DNA of 64,000 nt, from the NCBI GenBank assembly GCA_021801565.1, contig JAJYXV010000015.1, positions 23,839 through 87,838 on the forward strand. The letters are read 5' to 3'. The translations under genes were made by a program, and so were the position numbers. The notes beneath the pieces were generated by a model, which did not search any database, was not told the DNA's origin, and saw only the letters and a program-made list of their open reading frames with translations. The DNA is from a bacterium. Its GTDB lineage: Bacteria; Patescibacteriota; Minisyncoccia; UBA6257; GWB1-50-10. Position 1 is the stretch's first letter; every line of letters starts with the position of its first letter. Shown here in pieces: positions 9,487-19,336 of this stretch.

Positions 9487-9599
9487 TCCCGTTAGAGGTC
9501 ACACCCACTCCTTTTATTCCAAAACAAATCAATTTTTTGTAATAGGAGTGGATTATAAAAAATATTTAACTATCTCGTGGTGGGTTATTTCTAACGGGA
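9487..9599. mobile_element. 113-bp MITE-like element with TCCCGTTAGA terminal inverted repeats and TCAA target duplication
   Basis: TCAA[tcccgttaga...tctaacggga]TCAA. Confidence 0.7.
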
Positions 9600-9609
9600 T
9601 CAAATTCCT

Positions 9610-11055
9610 CTATTTGAATACTTGTTTGGAATATTCTGCAAATTTTTTTCCTCGATCGAACTCATTCTCAAATTTTTCAAAACTCGCAGCACCCGGAGAA
9701 AAAAGTACAATTACATCCGACATAAGAATCACCCTTTTGCGTACGTGTGTTAATAAATCTTTCAAATCTTCAAATGTATTCTTCTTTTGGTTCCTAAAAT
9801 AATGACGCGTCTCAAGTTCACGAATCAGTCTTCGTGTTGCACTTCCGTTTAAGAAAAAGAGATTTTCTGGTTCAATTGTACTTTTTATTTCATCCGCGAG
9901 TTTTTTGAATTCGAGTTGCTTATCAGTTCCCCCAGTAATATAGATAATCTTCCCCTCCCGAGAAAAACGCCTGAGTGCAGCGATTGCGGCATCAGGTGAG
10001 GTTCCCGCAGAATCGTTCACTACGGTATAGTTTTTCTTTTTTATGATTATCTCCTGGCGAAGAAAAATATCTGGAAGTGTTATAATTCTTTTTTCAATTT
10101 CTTTCCACGAAACTCCGCTTAAAAAACTTGCAAGTGCCGCAGCAAGGAAATTATACAAATTATGCTCCCCGCGTGCCCACAAGAGTTGCAATATCTGCTC
10201 TTTATATATCACAGATTCTTTTTTCTTATCCCGAAACATAATTGTATTCCCATGAACATACAATCCATATTTACTTTTTGGTAGCGCACGAAGCGAGAAA
10301 AAATATATTTCGCTCTTTGGTTTTTGGTTCACAAAAAATTGTGTCCACTCATTATCAAAATTTAACACGAGATATTGTCCCTCTTTTTGGTTTTTAAATA
10401 TATTTGCTTTCGCAAGCACATAATTTTTCATTGTGTCATGCCGATTCATGTGATCCTGATAGATGTTTGTGATGACCGAAACACCGGGCGCTTGATGCGC
10501 GCGGTCAGCAATTTCAAGCTGGAATGAGGATAATTCAAGCACCGCTGGAGTTTTTGCATCCTTCAAAAAACGTTCCGAAAGTGCAAGCAACGCTTCATCT
10601 GATGAATTCCCGCTTGCACACGCTTTTGGAAAACGAGATTTTAAAAAATGGGCAATCCAGTTTGTGGTTGTTGTTTTTCCACGCGTTCCTGTCACCGCAA
10701 TAATTGGGTTCTTTACCTCCTTAAGAAAAAGTGTAAGGTCACTTACAATTTGCTTTTTCATTTTTGCGGCGATCTCTAAAAATTTGTTTCCTAAAATCCT
10801 TACTGCGGGATTCACTACAATAAAATCTGCATTTTTAAAATCCTCCTCGTTGTGTTTTTCAAGAACAAATTTTATTTTTTTTGAATCATTTCCAAGTACG
10901 GCGATAGATTTCTTCAATTCTTCTCTTCGTCGTAGATCTGTCACCGTAATTTCTGCACCACGCTTCAAAAACCACTTTGTGGTTGCAATTCCCCCGCCCA
11001 AAATTCCGAGCCCCATAATCAATATCTTTTTGTTCTGAAATTGTTTTTTTAGCAT
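9610..11055 (-). CDS. murD: UDP-N-acetylmuramoyl-L-alanine--D-glutamate ligase
   Basis: AVTGTRGKTTT, ELSSFQL, NIYQDHMNRH, NDSAGT, SPGAASF...F.RG. Confidence 0.95.
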   Translation of the reverse strand: MLKKQFQNKKILIMGLGILGGGIATTKWFLKRGAEITVTDLRRREELKKSIAVLGNDSKKIKFVLEKHNEEDFKNADFIVVNPAVRILGNKFLEIAAKMKKQIVSDLTLFLKEVKNPIIAVTGTRGKTTTTNWIAHFLKSRFPKACASGNSSDEALLALSERFLKDAKTPAVLELSSFQLEIADRAHQAPGVSVITNIYQDHMNRHDTMKNYVLAKANIFKNQKEGQYLVLNFDNEWTQFFVNQKPKSEIYFFSLRALPKSKYGLYVHGNTIMFRDKKKESVIYKEQILQLLWARGEHNLYNFLAAALASFLSGVSWKEIEKRIITLPDIFLRQEIIIKKKNYTVVNDSAGTSPDAAIAALRRFSREGKIIYITGGTDKQLEFKKLADEIKSTIEPENLFFLNGSATRRLIRELETRHYFRNQKKNTFEDLKDLLTHVRKRVILMSDVIVLFSPGAASFEKFENEFDRGKKFAEYSKQVFK

Positions 11056-11531
11056 ATATCAACAATGCGTATTCTCCTTTCTTTCGATCCAAACTGGGTA
11101 ATAATTTCATCTCCAATTTTTTTCCCAAGAAGATTCTTTCCAATGGGAGAATTTTCTCCAATTACTATGATTCTGTTCCCTAATTCATCTTCAATTTGTA
11201 TTCCAGACCCCCCTTTAAGGAAAAGATAATTTATCTCTTTTTCCCCGTCTCGAATTTTTATAAGACTCCCTTCGCATATTTCTTTTTTTGGTATTGTGGA
11301 TATTATTTCAAATTTCTCTAATATTTCTAATTCTCCATTTTTTACAGAAAGTTGTTTTTCAATATCATCCTTCAGTGCATTCATTTGAAACTTTGTGGTA
11401 TCGCTATGTGATTGCATTGCTCCGGGCGCTTCAACAGCCGCTTTCCGCATTGAAAGTATGTTTTTTTCAAGTTCATCCACTTCTTTTTGAAGTTTTTCCA
11501 CCACCTTTTCTACAAGTGCTTTTTTGTCCAT
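11049..11531 (-). CDS. GreA/GreB family C-terminal domain protein
   Basis: N-terminal coiled coil, SPIGKNLLGKKIGD. Confidence 0.7.
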   Translation of the reverse strand: MDKKALVEKVVEKLQKEVDELEKNILSMRKAAVEAPGAMQSHSDTTKFQMNALKDDIEKQLSVKNGELEILEKFEIISTIPKKEICEGSLIKIRDGEKEINYLFLKGGSGIQIEDELGNRIIVIGENSPIGKNLLGKKIGDEIITQFGSKERRIRIVDIC

Positions 11532-11670
11532 ATATACAAAATACCAGAAAACTGACTTATTTGTTCTATTGACAAATGGATATATAATATGGTATAATCA
11601 AAACAGAAAGTTAAGAAGTAAATAATCAGACTAGAATAGAATTTTTTCAGAAAGTTTTAAAGGAGAGATA

Positions 11671-11943
11671 ATGAAAAACTTATTTTTGAAAATATGGTTT
11701 TCCGGGAAGATTTATTTTTATGTATCTTTCCAGGCAACTGTATATCTTGGTGCCTTATACGGAATTTGTTTATATTTCGTCCCACCTGCATTCCTTAATA
11801 ATTTTGGTGGCACCTGGGGAAAAATTTTCGTAGGAGATTTTCTCCTTATAATGATCTTTTATCCCCTTGTTGTTTTTGAGGGGACAAAGAGATTCTACAG
11901 GGACCAGATGTTCCTGTATGAACTTTACAAGGATGAGTTATAA
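11671..11943 (+). CDS. Hypothetical membrane protein
   Basis: AGGAG SD, TTGACA/TGGTATAAT promoter at about 11569-11598, downstream hairpin. Confidence 0.65.
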   Translation: MKNLFLKIWFSGKIYFYVSFQATVYLGALYGICLYFVPPAFLNNFGGTWGKIFVGDFLLIMIFYPLVVFEGTKRFYRDQMFLYELYKDEL

Positions 11944-11981
11944 AGCGGCATTAAATAATGCCGCTTTTCCTTATTTTCGAA

Positions 11982-12019
11982 TATAACATATTCCAGCCGA
12001 TCGATATTTATATGTTACA
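11982..12019. repeat. 38-bp tripartite motif, copy 2
   Basis: TATAACAT attccagc CGATCG atatttat ATGTTACA. Confidence 0.85.
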
Positions 12020-12081
12020 TTAAAAATAAAACCCCTTCGCGGGGTTCTATCTTTAATGTCTCCCATTATTCCCTCTACTAC

Positions 12082-14118
12082 TTACATAAAGAGCGTCACC
12101 AGCGCGAGTGTAAGTGTACTTAACAATTTGATAAGCACATGGAGTGATGGGCCCGCGGTGTCCTTAAACGGATCGCCGACCGTGTCTCCAGTTACCGCCG
12201 CTTTGTGAGCATCAGAACCTTTCCCGCCTAGATTTCCTTCTTCAATCCATTTCTTTGCATTATCCCACGCACCACCCGCATTGTTCATGAGTGTTGCAAG
12301 GAGAATTCCCGCAATCGTTCCCACCATCAAAAGTCCTGCCGCCGCTTCCGCTTTAAACACAACACCAACAACAACCGGCACTACCACCGCGAGAAACCCC
12401 GGAAGAATCATTTCTTTCAATGCTCCTTTTGTGGTGATATCAATTGCCTTCGAGTAGTCCGGCTTTTCCGTTCCTTCCATAATTCCCGGATGTTCTTTAA
12501 ATTGCCTGCGCACTTCATTAATAATGTAATATGCTGCGCGTCCTACTGCACGAATTGAAAGACTTGAAAATAAAAACACAAGCATCGCACCCAACATCGC
12601 ACCGATAAAGACCGGAATTTTTGCAAGATCAACAACGGTAATTTTTGCTTCTTCAAGATATGCGGAAAACAATAAAAACGCCGCAAGTGCCGCCGAACCA
12701 ATCGCATATCCTTTTGTAAGTGCCTTTGTTGTATTTCCCGCTGAATCAAGTTTATCGGTATTTTTTCTTATTGAATCAGGAGCGCCTGACATCTCAACAA
12801 TTCCTCCCGCATTATCGACGATGGGACCGAATGTATCCATTGCAAGAATATATGCCGCACTCGCGAGCATTCCCATGGTTGCGATTGCGGTTCCATATAA
12901 TCCCCCTCCCGAAATTCCCGAAAGCTCTCCAAATTTATATGAAGTAAAAAGTGCAACTACAATCGCCACAATAGTCACTCCAACCGATTCAAGTCCCACT
13001 GCAAACCCCTGAATAATATTTGTTGCGTGTCCTGTTTTTGATGCTTCCGCAACTTCCCGCACTGGACGATATTTTGACTCAGTATAATATTGCGTGAAAT
13101 ATACAAATACAATCGACATGAAAATTCCAACAAGTCCAGCCGCGAAAAACCACATGTTTCCGAGAAGATATTTTGTCGCAAAATAAAATGCAATTGCAGA
13201 AAGTACGCTCGTAACCCAATATCCGCGATCAAGTGATTTCATCGGATCTTCATTCTCTTTTGGTCTCACTGAAAAGATTCCAACAATAGAAGCAATGAGT
13301 CCTAATGCGCGAACCACGAGCGGAAATAAAATTCCGCTTAAACCAAACACAGGATAGAGTGCAACTCCTAAAATCATTGCACCAATATTTTCCGCAGCAG
13401 TCGATTCAAAGAGATCAGCTCCCCTTCCTGCACAATCACCAACATTATCTCCCACAAGATCTGCAATAACCGCAGGATTTCTCGGATCATCTTCTGGAAT
13501 TCCTGCTTCGATTTTTCCCACTAAATCAGCTCCTACGTCGGCAGCTTTTGTATAAATTCCACCTCCAAGCTGGGCAAAAAGAGCAACCAAACTTGCACCA
13601 AATCCATATCCAACAATAAGGTGTGGAATTTTTATCACTTCATACCCAAGAACTGTATAGATTTCAAATAGCCCCGAAATTCCCAAAAGCGAAAGCGATA
13701 CGATGGTGATCCCAGAAACCGCCCCTCCACGAAGCGCAATGAGCATTGCTCCTTTAATTCCGTTTTGTGCTTCCGCCGCAGAACGAATATTCGTTCGCAC
13801 ACTCATCCACATTCCCACAAGTCCTGCAATTGCCGAAGAAACCGCTCCAATTACAAATGCAATTGCGGTTTTTGTCCCCATACTAAAATCCCCTGATGCT
13901 CCGTATGCAGCCACAAGTCCTATGGCACCAAGTGCAATAATCACACTAATTGTCGTATATTGACGTTTTAAAAATGCATTTGCGCCGATACGAATTGCAT
14001 CAGCAACTGCTTTCATTTTTTCGGTCCCCGTCTGTTTTTTTAACACTGCGAGAGCCATGTGTGCCGCTACACAAAGCGAAAAAATAGCGACAACAATCGA
14101 TAGAATGTTGTAGTTCAT
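12082..14118 (-). CDS. hppA: Membrane-bound ion-translocating pyrophosphatase, likely K+-independent H+-PPase
   Basis: GGGIYTKAADVGADLVGKIE, DNVGD, GNTTKA, GDTVGDPFKDTAGP. Confidence 0.97.
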   Translation of the reverse strand: MNYNILSIVVAIFSLCVAAHMALAVLKKQTGTEKMKAVADAIRIGANAFLKRQYTTISVIIALGAIGLVAAYGASGDFSMGTKTAIAFVIGAVSSAIAGLVGMWMSVRTNIRSAAEAQNGIKGAMLIALRGGAVSGITIVSLSLLGISGLFEIYTVLGYEVIKIPHLIVGYGFGASLVALFAQLGGGIYTKAADVGADLVGKIEAGIPEDDPRNPAVIADLVGDNVGDCAGRGADLFESTAAENIGAMILGVALYPVFGLSGILFPLVVRALGLIASIVGIFSVRPKENEDPMKSLDRGYWVTSVLSAIAFYFATKYLLGNMWFFAAGLVGIFMSIVFVYFTQYYTESKYRPVREVAEASKTGHATNIIQGFAVGLESVGVTIVAIVVALFTSYKFGELSGISGGGLYGTAIATMGMLASAAYILAMDTFGPIVDNAGGIVEMSGAPDSIRKNTDKLDSAGNTTKALTKGYAIGSAALAAFLLFSAYLEEAKITVVDLAKIPVFIGAMLGAMLVFLFSSLSIRAVGRAAYYIINEVRRQFKEHPGIMEGTEKPDYSKAIDITTKGALKEMILPGFLAVVVPVVVGVVFKAEAAAGLLMVGTIAGILLATLMNNAGGAWDNAKKWIEEGNLGGKGSDAHKAAVTGDTVGDPFKDTAGPSLHVLIKLLSTLTLALVTLFM

Positions 14119-14131
14119 ATATGTTTATTTT

Positions 14132-15358
14132 TTACTCCTCTTTATTTTCTGTTTCTAAAGATGAAACGTCTTCAGAAGTACTTTCTGGTGCATCTGCAAT
14201 CCCTCCCTCTTGTACCTCATCGGGACGTGATTGAGATCTCACATCAATCTTCCACCCGGTAAGTTTCGCAGCAAGACGAACATTTTGTCCCCCCTTTCCA
14301 ATTGCAAGACTCAACTGATCTTCTGCCACAAGCACGCGCGCTTCACGTTTCGGCAATGCTTCAACAAGTTTTACCTTTGCTGGAGAAAGTGAGTTCCCGA
14401 TGAATTTTTCAGGATCATCGGACCACTCAATGATATCTATTTTCTCATTTCCCAACTCATTTGTTACTGCCATGACACGCATTCCGCGTTGTCCAACAGC
14501 CGAACCAACTGGGTCAACTCCTTCTTGATTCGATGCTACTGCAATTTTTGTTCTGCTTCCCGCTTCTCGTGCAATTTTTTTAATTGCAACGATATTATCC
14601 GTCATTTCCGGAATTTCCAATTCGAATAATTTCAATACGAAATTCGGATGTGCTCGAGAAAGCACAATTCCCGGTCTTCGTGGATCGTCCTGCACCGCAA
14701 GCACGTAAAACCGCATACGTTGACCAATTCGATAATGCTCGCCCGGAATATTTTCGTTATAAAACATGATTCCAACGGCGCGCCCAAGATCAACATATAC
14801 ATTTCCGCGATCAAATCGCTGAACAATTCCACTCACAATTTCCCCCTCCTTTCCGGCAAATTCCTGTTGAATAGAACTTCGTTCCGCTTCACGAATACTT
14901 TGGAGAATCACTTGTTTTGCGGTTTGTGCTGCAATTCTCCCGAAATCTGCATGTGTTTCAAGTGGAAATTCCATTTCTTCTCCCGCCTCAGCCTTTGGAT
15001 TTATTGCACGCGCCTCCTCAAGAAAAATATGCCTGTCAGGATTATACCGTGGAAGCGCCGTCTCTCCTTCCTCTTTTTCTGTTTCTTTTTGAATCTCTTT
15101 TTTTTCTTTTTCCTCTTCTTCCTCTTCTGTAACAATTCTTACTTCGCTCGGGTCAACAACTGTTTTCACCTGCCAAAAACGTATATCACCCTTCTTCACA
15201 TCAAACTTCGCATGAATTACTTCAGATCGTTTCCGATATTCTTTTTTATATGCGGCTGCAATTGCAGACTCAACTGCTTCAAGCACGCGATCTGCAGGAA
15301 TTCCCTTTTCTCCCGCGATCTGATCAATTGCTGTTGCAAGTGTTTTTATATCCATCAT
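14132..15358 (-). CDS. nusA: Transcription termination factor NusA
   Basis: FGRIAAQTAKQ, AREAGSRTKIAV, AIGKGGQNVRLAAKLTGWKID. Confidence 0.97.
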   Translation of the reverse strand: MMDIKTLATAIDQIAGEKGIPADRVLEAVESAIAAAYKKEYRKRSEVIHAKFDVKKGDIRFWQVKTVVDPSEVRIVTEEEEEEKEKKEIQKETEKEEGETALPRYNPDRHIFLEEARAINPKAEAGEEMEFPLETHADFGRIAAQTAKQVILQSIREAERSSIQQEFAGKEGEIVSGIVQRFDRGNVYVDLGRAVGIMFYNENIPGEHYRIGQRMRFYVLAVQDDPRRPGIVLSRAHPNFVLKLFELEIPEMTDNIVAIKKIAREAGSRTKIAVASNQEGVDPVGSAVGQRGMRVMAVTNELGNEKIDIIEWSDDPEKFIGNSLSPAKVKLVEALPKREARVLVAEDQLSLAIGKGGQNVRLAAKLTGWKIDVRSQSRPDEVQEGGIADAPESTSEDVSSLETENKEE

Positions 15359-15508
15359 ATATTTATTTTTTTCTGACCTTTCTAATAAATCACCGCTCCA
15401 AAGAGCGGTCAATCACTTCAAGTGCAAGTATACCATATCCAACAAAAAAATCAATCCCGTTAATAAAAACCAATATCCCGCCGATTAATCGGCGGGATAT
15501 AATTAAAT

Positions 15509-16174
15509 TCAAATTTTGGAATCAGTTTTAAGAAGTTCCAGAAGTTCTCTCGTCTCGGTAATTTTTTTGTCGACATCTCCCTGAGAAAATGTACTTAGAG
15601 CCCATTTGGTATGAAATTTGAGATTTTTATGGAATGTGCTTTCCATTTCAAGAACCTCAATTGGTTTTTTATTCCATTCGGATGCAAGTCCAAATATCAC
15701 CTGCTGGATCCATGCTTCACTAAGCGCCTGGCTCATATCCGCATCACGAATGATTTGACCACACAATGTAAGATTCTCGGACGGGATTTTGTAGGGATAT
15801 TCAGTTACCTGAATTAACGAAATAATTTCTTCTACGTGTTCACGATCTTTCTGGATAACGTATTTTTTGAATTCTCTTATTGCTCTTTCAATATTCAGAT
15901 CATCGTTACCCATCATTCCAGAATGATCAAAGTCATGGAATAGGGCTGCAATAAGCAGATTGCGCATCTCGCGAGCGGTCAACGTCTCGACATAGAAAAT
16001 ACATGCCTGATGACATAACCACACCACATGAAACATATGACGAAAATTGTGGTATGGATGCTGGAGGTTCTGGGCATGATTAAAAATAATTTGAAAGTAT
16101 TCAATGAGATTGCCCTCATAAAGATTACTATCATTACGAATGATCTCTGGTAAGGTTCCGTGTGTTGTCTTCAT
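15509..16174 (-). CDS. HD-domain phosphohydrolase resembling a class I cyclic-nucleotide phosphodiesterase core
   Basis: PYHNFRH, AALFHDFDHSGMMGN, IRDADMS. Confidence 0.7.
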   Translation of the reverse strand: MKTTHGTLPEIIRNDSNLYEGNLIEYFQIIFNHAQNLQHPYHNFRHMFHVVWLCHQACIFYVETLTAREMRNLLIAALFHDFDHSGMMGNDDLNIERAIREFKKYVIQKDREHVEEIISLIQVTEYPYKIPSENLTLCGQIIRDADMSQALSEAWIQQVIFGLASEWNKKPIEVLEMESTFHKNLKFHTKWALSTFSQGDVDKKITETRELLELLKTDSKI

Positions 16175-16247
16175 ATATATTTTCCTTATTTCAATTGAGC
16201 TATAAAAATAGTGCACTATTTAATTAGTGTTGTCAATATTTGTAGAA

Positions 16248-16622
16248 TCAGATATTTTCGTAGTGATGCACAAGAAAATCATTCCCCACTTTTACGAGCG
16301 CTACTACATCAAGTCGGAATCCGTGTTTATCATCCCATAAATTTTTGTGTGAATTTGCATATGAAAGTGCCATTTTTTTAAACCTCAATATTTTTGATCC
16401 AGTCATTTGATTCTCTGGTTGTATTCCTTCGGGAAAATAGCCCTTCATTGTTTTTACCTCAACAAATACGAGCACTCCCTCCGTATCTCGCGCAATAATA
16501 TCCAACTCACCAAATTTTTCACCAACATTCCTTGAAAGAATTTTCCAATATTTTTTCTTTAGATATGTGCACGCAAAATCTTCTCCTTCATCTCCAAGAT
16601 TTCTTTTTTCCGTCTTCGCCAT
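16248..16622 (-). CDS. YraN family (UPF0102) nuclease-like protein
   Basis: G..GE..A..YL, GELDIIA, LVFVEVK, RLDVVA. Confidence 0.9.
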   Translation of the reverse strand: MAKTEKRNLGDEGEDFACTYLKKKYWKILSRNVGEKFGELDIIARDTEGVLVFVEVKTMKGYFPEGIQPENQMTGSKILRFKKMALSYANSHKNLWDDKHGFRLDVVALVKVGNDFLVHHYENI

Positions 16623-16719
16623 ATATTTATTATAAACTCACAAAATATGAAATAATTGACAGTATAAAAAATATGTATTAGAGTATGAATAGAAAATTTA
16701 AAATCTGAGGAGAAGCATA

Positions 16720-17028
16720 ATGGAAAATATTTTTTTAATATATCTCGTTTCTCTTATTTTTGTTTCTTTCTCTGCAAGAGAGAAAAAATGGAGATTAAAA
16801 AGGGTAATTTTTCTAAATTTGTTACCTTTTCTCTTTTTTGGCTTTTTGTTCTATAAATCTGCCGTCGATAAACATTCCTTGATTCTTTTTTCCTTATTTT
16901 CTATTGGATCATGCGTTCTTGGATATTTTCTGAGACCAATTGGAAGATTTTTTAAAAAGGGCATGGAGGCGTCTCATTCATCCGCAGATGTTTCGGATGA
17001 AGAAGAAGAAAAAGATTATAAATGGTAA
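16720..17028 (+). CDS. Hypothetical membrane protein
   Basis: GAGGAG SD, TTGACA promoter, 3 TM segments. Confidence 0.6.
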   Translation: MENIFLIYLVSLIFVSFSAREKKWRLKRVIFLNLLPFLFFGFLFYKSAVDKHSLILFSLFSIGSCVLGYFLRPIGRFFKKGMEASHSSADVSDEEEEKDYKW

Positions 17029-17080
17029 ATCTCATTTGTTCTCTCTACAAGCCAAAAAATCAAATGTTTCTAATTGGAAT

Positions 17081-17224
17081 AAAATGTTTAACGCTAAACA
17101 TTTTTGCACAAAAAAATATAGAAACGTAGATTTCATCGCATTATCAGGTTTTATAGAAAATGTTTAGCAACAAACATTTTGTGGTCTTAAAAATCAAAAA
17201 TGTAGGTTTCATCGCACTATCGGC
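17081..17224. repeat. Imperfect tandem duplication of a ~76-bp unit
   Basis: Two units, each AAAATGTTT-N6-AAACATTTT ... GTAG(a/g)TTTCATCGCA(t/c)TATC. Confidence 0.65.
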
Positions 17225-17326
17225 TTCTCAAAAAGAGAAGCTGATTTTTTTGATTTAACAGGTTTATCAATTTTATAAGAAAAACCCCAATAACTATTAT
17301 TGGGGTTTTTAAATTAAAATCCTAAC

Positions 17327-17680
17327 TCATTTTTTTAAATCTCTTTCTAGACATAGGTACTTCCGATTTGCCCATATCTTCTTCCCGTGATATTCAAGTG
17401 TTATCCCGTCCTTAATGTATGTAACCATTTCACTTGGAACCCCTTCCAAATTCCAAGAAATGAACTTACATTTTTTCATAATTCTTGGATCTCCAAACGC
17501 TATATCAATAATTGATCCAACCAGAATTTTTCTCGGAATATCTTTTGAGAAAAATGCACATCTTCCCTCGTATTTCTTAGAAAAAGGTGGGAGTTCTCCC
17601 TCGGAAATAAGAACAACATGAAAAGAGGAGTATGAATTTACTTTGTGTCCACGATAGTTATAAAAAAAGAAACGCTTCAT
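17327..17680 (-). CDS. Hypothetical protein
   Basis: AAGGAGG SD upstream, TTGACA promoter, terminator at 17280-17310. Confidence 0.65.
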   Translation of the reverse strand: MKRFFFYNYRGHKVNSYSSFHVVLISEGELPPFSKKYEGRCAFFSKDIPRKILVGSIIDIAFGDPRIMKKCKFISWNLEGVPSEMVTYIKDGITLEYHGKKIWANRKYLCLERDLKK

Positions 17681-17778
17681 TATTTCGCCTCCTTATCTTG
17701 ATCAAAAAATATCAATTAGATACTAACAAGAATATGCCACCAGAAATTGCATATGTCAAATTTTTATATTGTAATTAT

Positions 17779-18459
17779 TTAACGGAATATCTCTAGCCCT
17801 ATTCCATTTTTTCCCAATGCAAGAAACGAAGAGGGGGAGTCAGTCCACGATCCAATATTTATATAGCGAACACCCCTTGCTGTTTTATCCATATATTGGT
17901 GTGTGTGGCCACAAATAACAACTTGAGCCTTTCGGTCAATCGCGTGTTTCACCGCACCTTTCATAACACGGGGAGAAAGCCGCAACCAAAATTTATACTG
18001 TTTTTTCATAAATCTGCTTGTGCGCCGCTTCCCCCGGTCAATCTTTTGCAACACGCGATATGATACATTCATTGTTTTACTAATCATCCTATTTCGTATA
18101 AGGAATCTATCATACTGGTGACCGTGTATTACTACACACTTTTTTCCGTCAAATATAAATTGAAACTCGCGGCATATTTTTACTCCAATCATTTGAAAAA
18201 AATTCCTCGCAAATCCATCATGATTTCCCTGTACCCATACTACTTCGACATTTTTGTTCACAAGTGTCTGGAGAAATGAAAGAAATTCCCAATCATCTTT
18301 TTTAAGACGTTTTGGATTTTCATTGTCAAATATGTCGCCGTCTAAAACAAGCCGTTTCAATGAAAGATGTTTTAACACCTTTGTAAGTTCCCTTACTCGA
18401 GAAACTTCCGATCCGATGTGTATGTCAGAAACAATCAATGTATCAATAATTTTTTCCAT
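17779..18459 (-). CDS. Calcineurin-like metallophosphoesterase (UDP-2,3-diacylglucosamine diphosphatase-like)
   Basis: SDIHIG, GDIFD, GNHD, HGH, GHTH motifs. Confidence 0.88.
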   Translation of the reverse strand: MEKIIDTLIVSDIHIGSEVSRVRELTKVLKHLSLKRLVLDGDIFDNENPKRLKKDDWEFLSFLQTLVNKNVEVVWVQGNHDGFARNFFQMIGVKICREFQFIFDGKKCVVIHGHQYDRFLIRNRMISKTMNVSYRVLQKIDRGKRRTSRFMKKQYKFWLRLSPRVMKGAVKHAIDRKAQVVICGHTHQYMDKTARGVRYINIGSWTDSPSSFLALGKNGIGLEIFR

Positions 18460-18510
18460 ATTTATGTATTGCACATGTAACATACATGCGCTCATGCTTA
18501 TTTCTTTCTC

Positions 18511-19290
18511 CTACGAAAGGAGAAATTGTATCACTTTTTTTGTTTCCTGAGGAGAACGCACCTTGATGCATTTCACCCCAGTTTTTACTACCGGATAATC
18601 ATTCCCACCGGGGAAAATCATATCGCCAACAAATAATATATCTTTTGTGTGTATATGAAAATACTTTCTCACCCTCCGCACTCCATATGCCTTATCAATC
18701 CCTTTGCGGATTACATCAATAGAAGTAAGGCCCGCAATTTTTGCATCAAATCCCGGTAATTTTTTCTCAAGTATGTTTTTTATCCGTACGCGCACATCAT
18801 GTTTTTTGTTCCATTCATTTTTTTTAGAGAGGGGCGCTTTTTGGCCAAGTGCAGAAAACACAACCTCAGTCCCGCGATATTCCAGTATCTTTCCATATTT
18901 GTGTTTTGGTTTTACAAACCCGATGCGTTTGAGTGCCGTGTAAAACTGCTTTAAGATTTCTTTTTCTTCTTTCTTTGATATTTTAATATTATAGAGTCTC
19001 ACCCATTTCCTTTTTTTATAAACGTAAAACATCGCTGCATTGGTGGGAAGAAGAACTAAATTTTTCAGTATTTGCGAAGCATTTGGAAGCTTTGAAATAA
19101 CTTGTTTTCTAAACAATGCATATTTTTCTCCGCTTACTAACACCACTATTTTTTCTGCTAATAACCCGGAAAGCAACCGTCCCATTGTTTTATCAATCGG
19201 CATTTTGCTTTTTGTGATTGTGCCATCAATATCAAAAATTATTACCCTTTTTTTCTTCAACAAATTCGACAAGGTGATCATACTATTCAT
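18511..19290 (-). CDS. HAD-IIB family hydrolase (phosphomannomutase-like)
   Basis: FDIDGT, GLTSID, DKAYG, GDMIFPGGNDYP. Confidence 0.88.
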   Translation of the reverse strand: MNSMITLSNLLKKKRVIIFDIDGTITKSKMPIDKTMGRLLSGLLAEKIVVLVSGEKYALFRKQVISKLPNASQILKNLVLLPTNAAMFYVYKKRKWVRLYNIKISKKEEKEILKQFYTALKRIGFVKPKHKYGKILEYRGTEVVFSALGQKAPLSKKNEWNKKHDVRVRIKNILEKKLPGFDAKIAGLTSIDVIRKGIDKAYGVRRVRKYFHIHTKDILFVGDMIFPGGNDYPVVKTGVKCIKVRSPQETKKVIQFLLS

Positions 19291-19336
19291 TATATATAAT
19301 TGAATAATTATTTAATTTAAGTTTTAATGAATACAC

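Noticed and set aside
9452-9802. 116-aa plus-strand ORF
   Set aside because: It is composed of the two mini-elements plus antisense murD; not credible as a gene.
14648-15376. Long alternative-frame or antisense ORFs (also 45918-46592, 51355-52029, 56032-56583)
   Set aside because: They are shadows of well-supported genes on the opposite strand and have no recognisable motifs.
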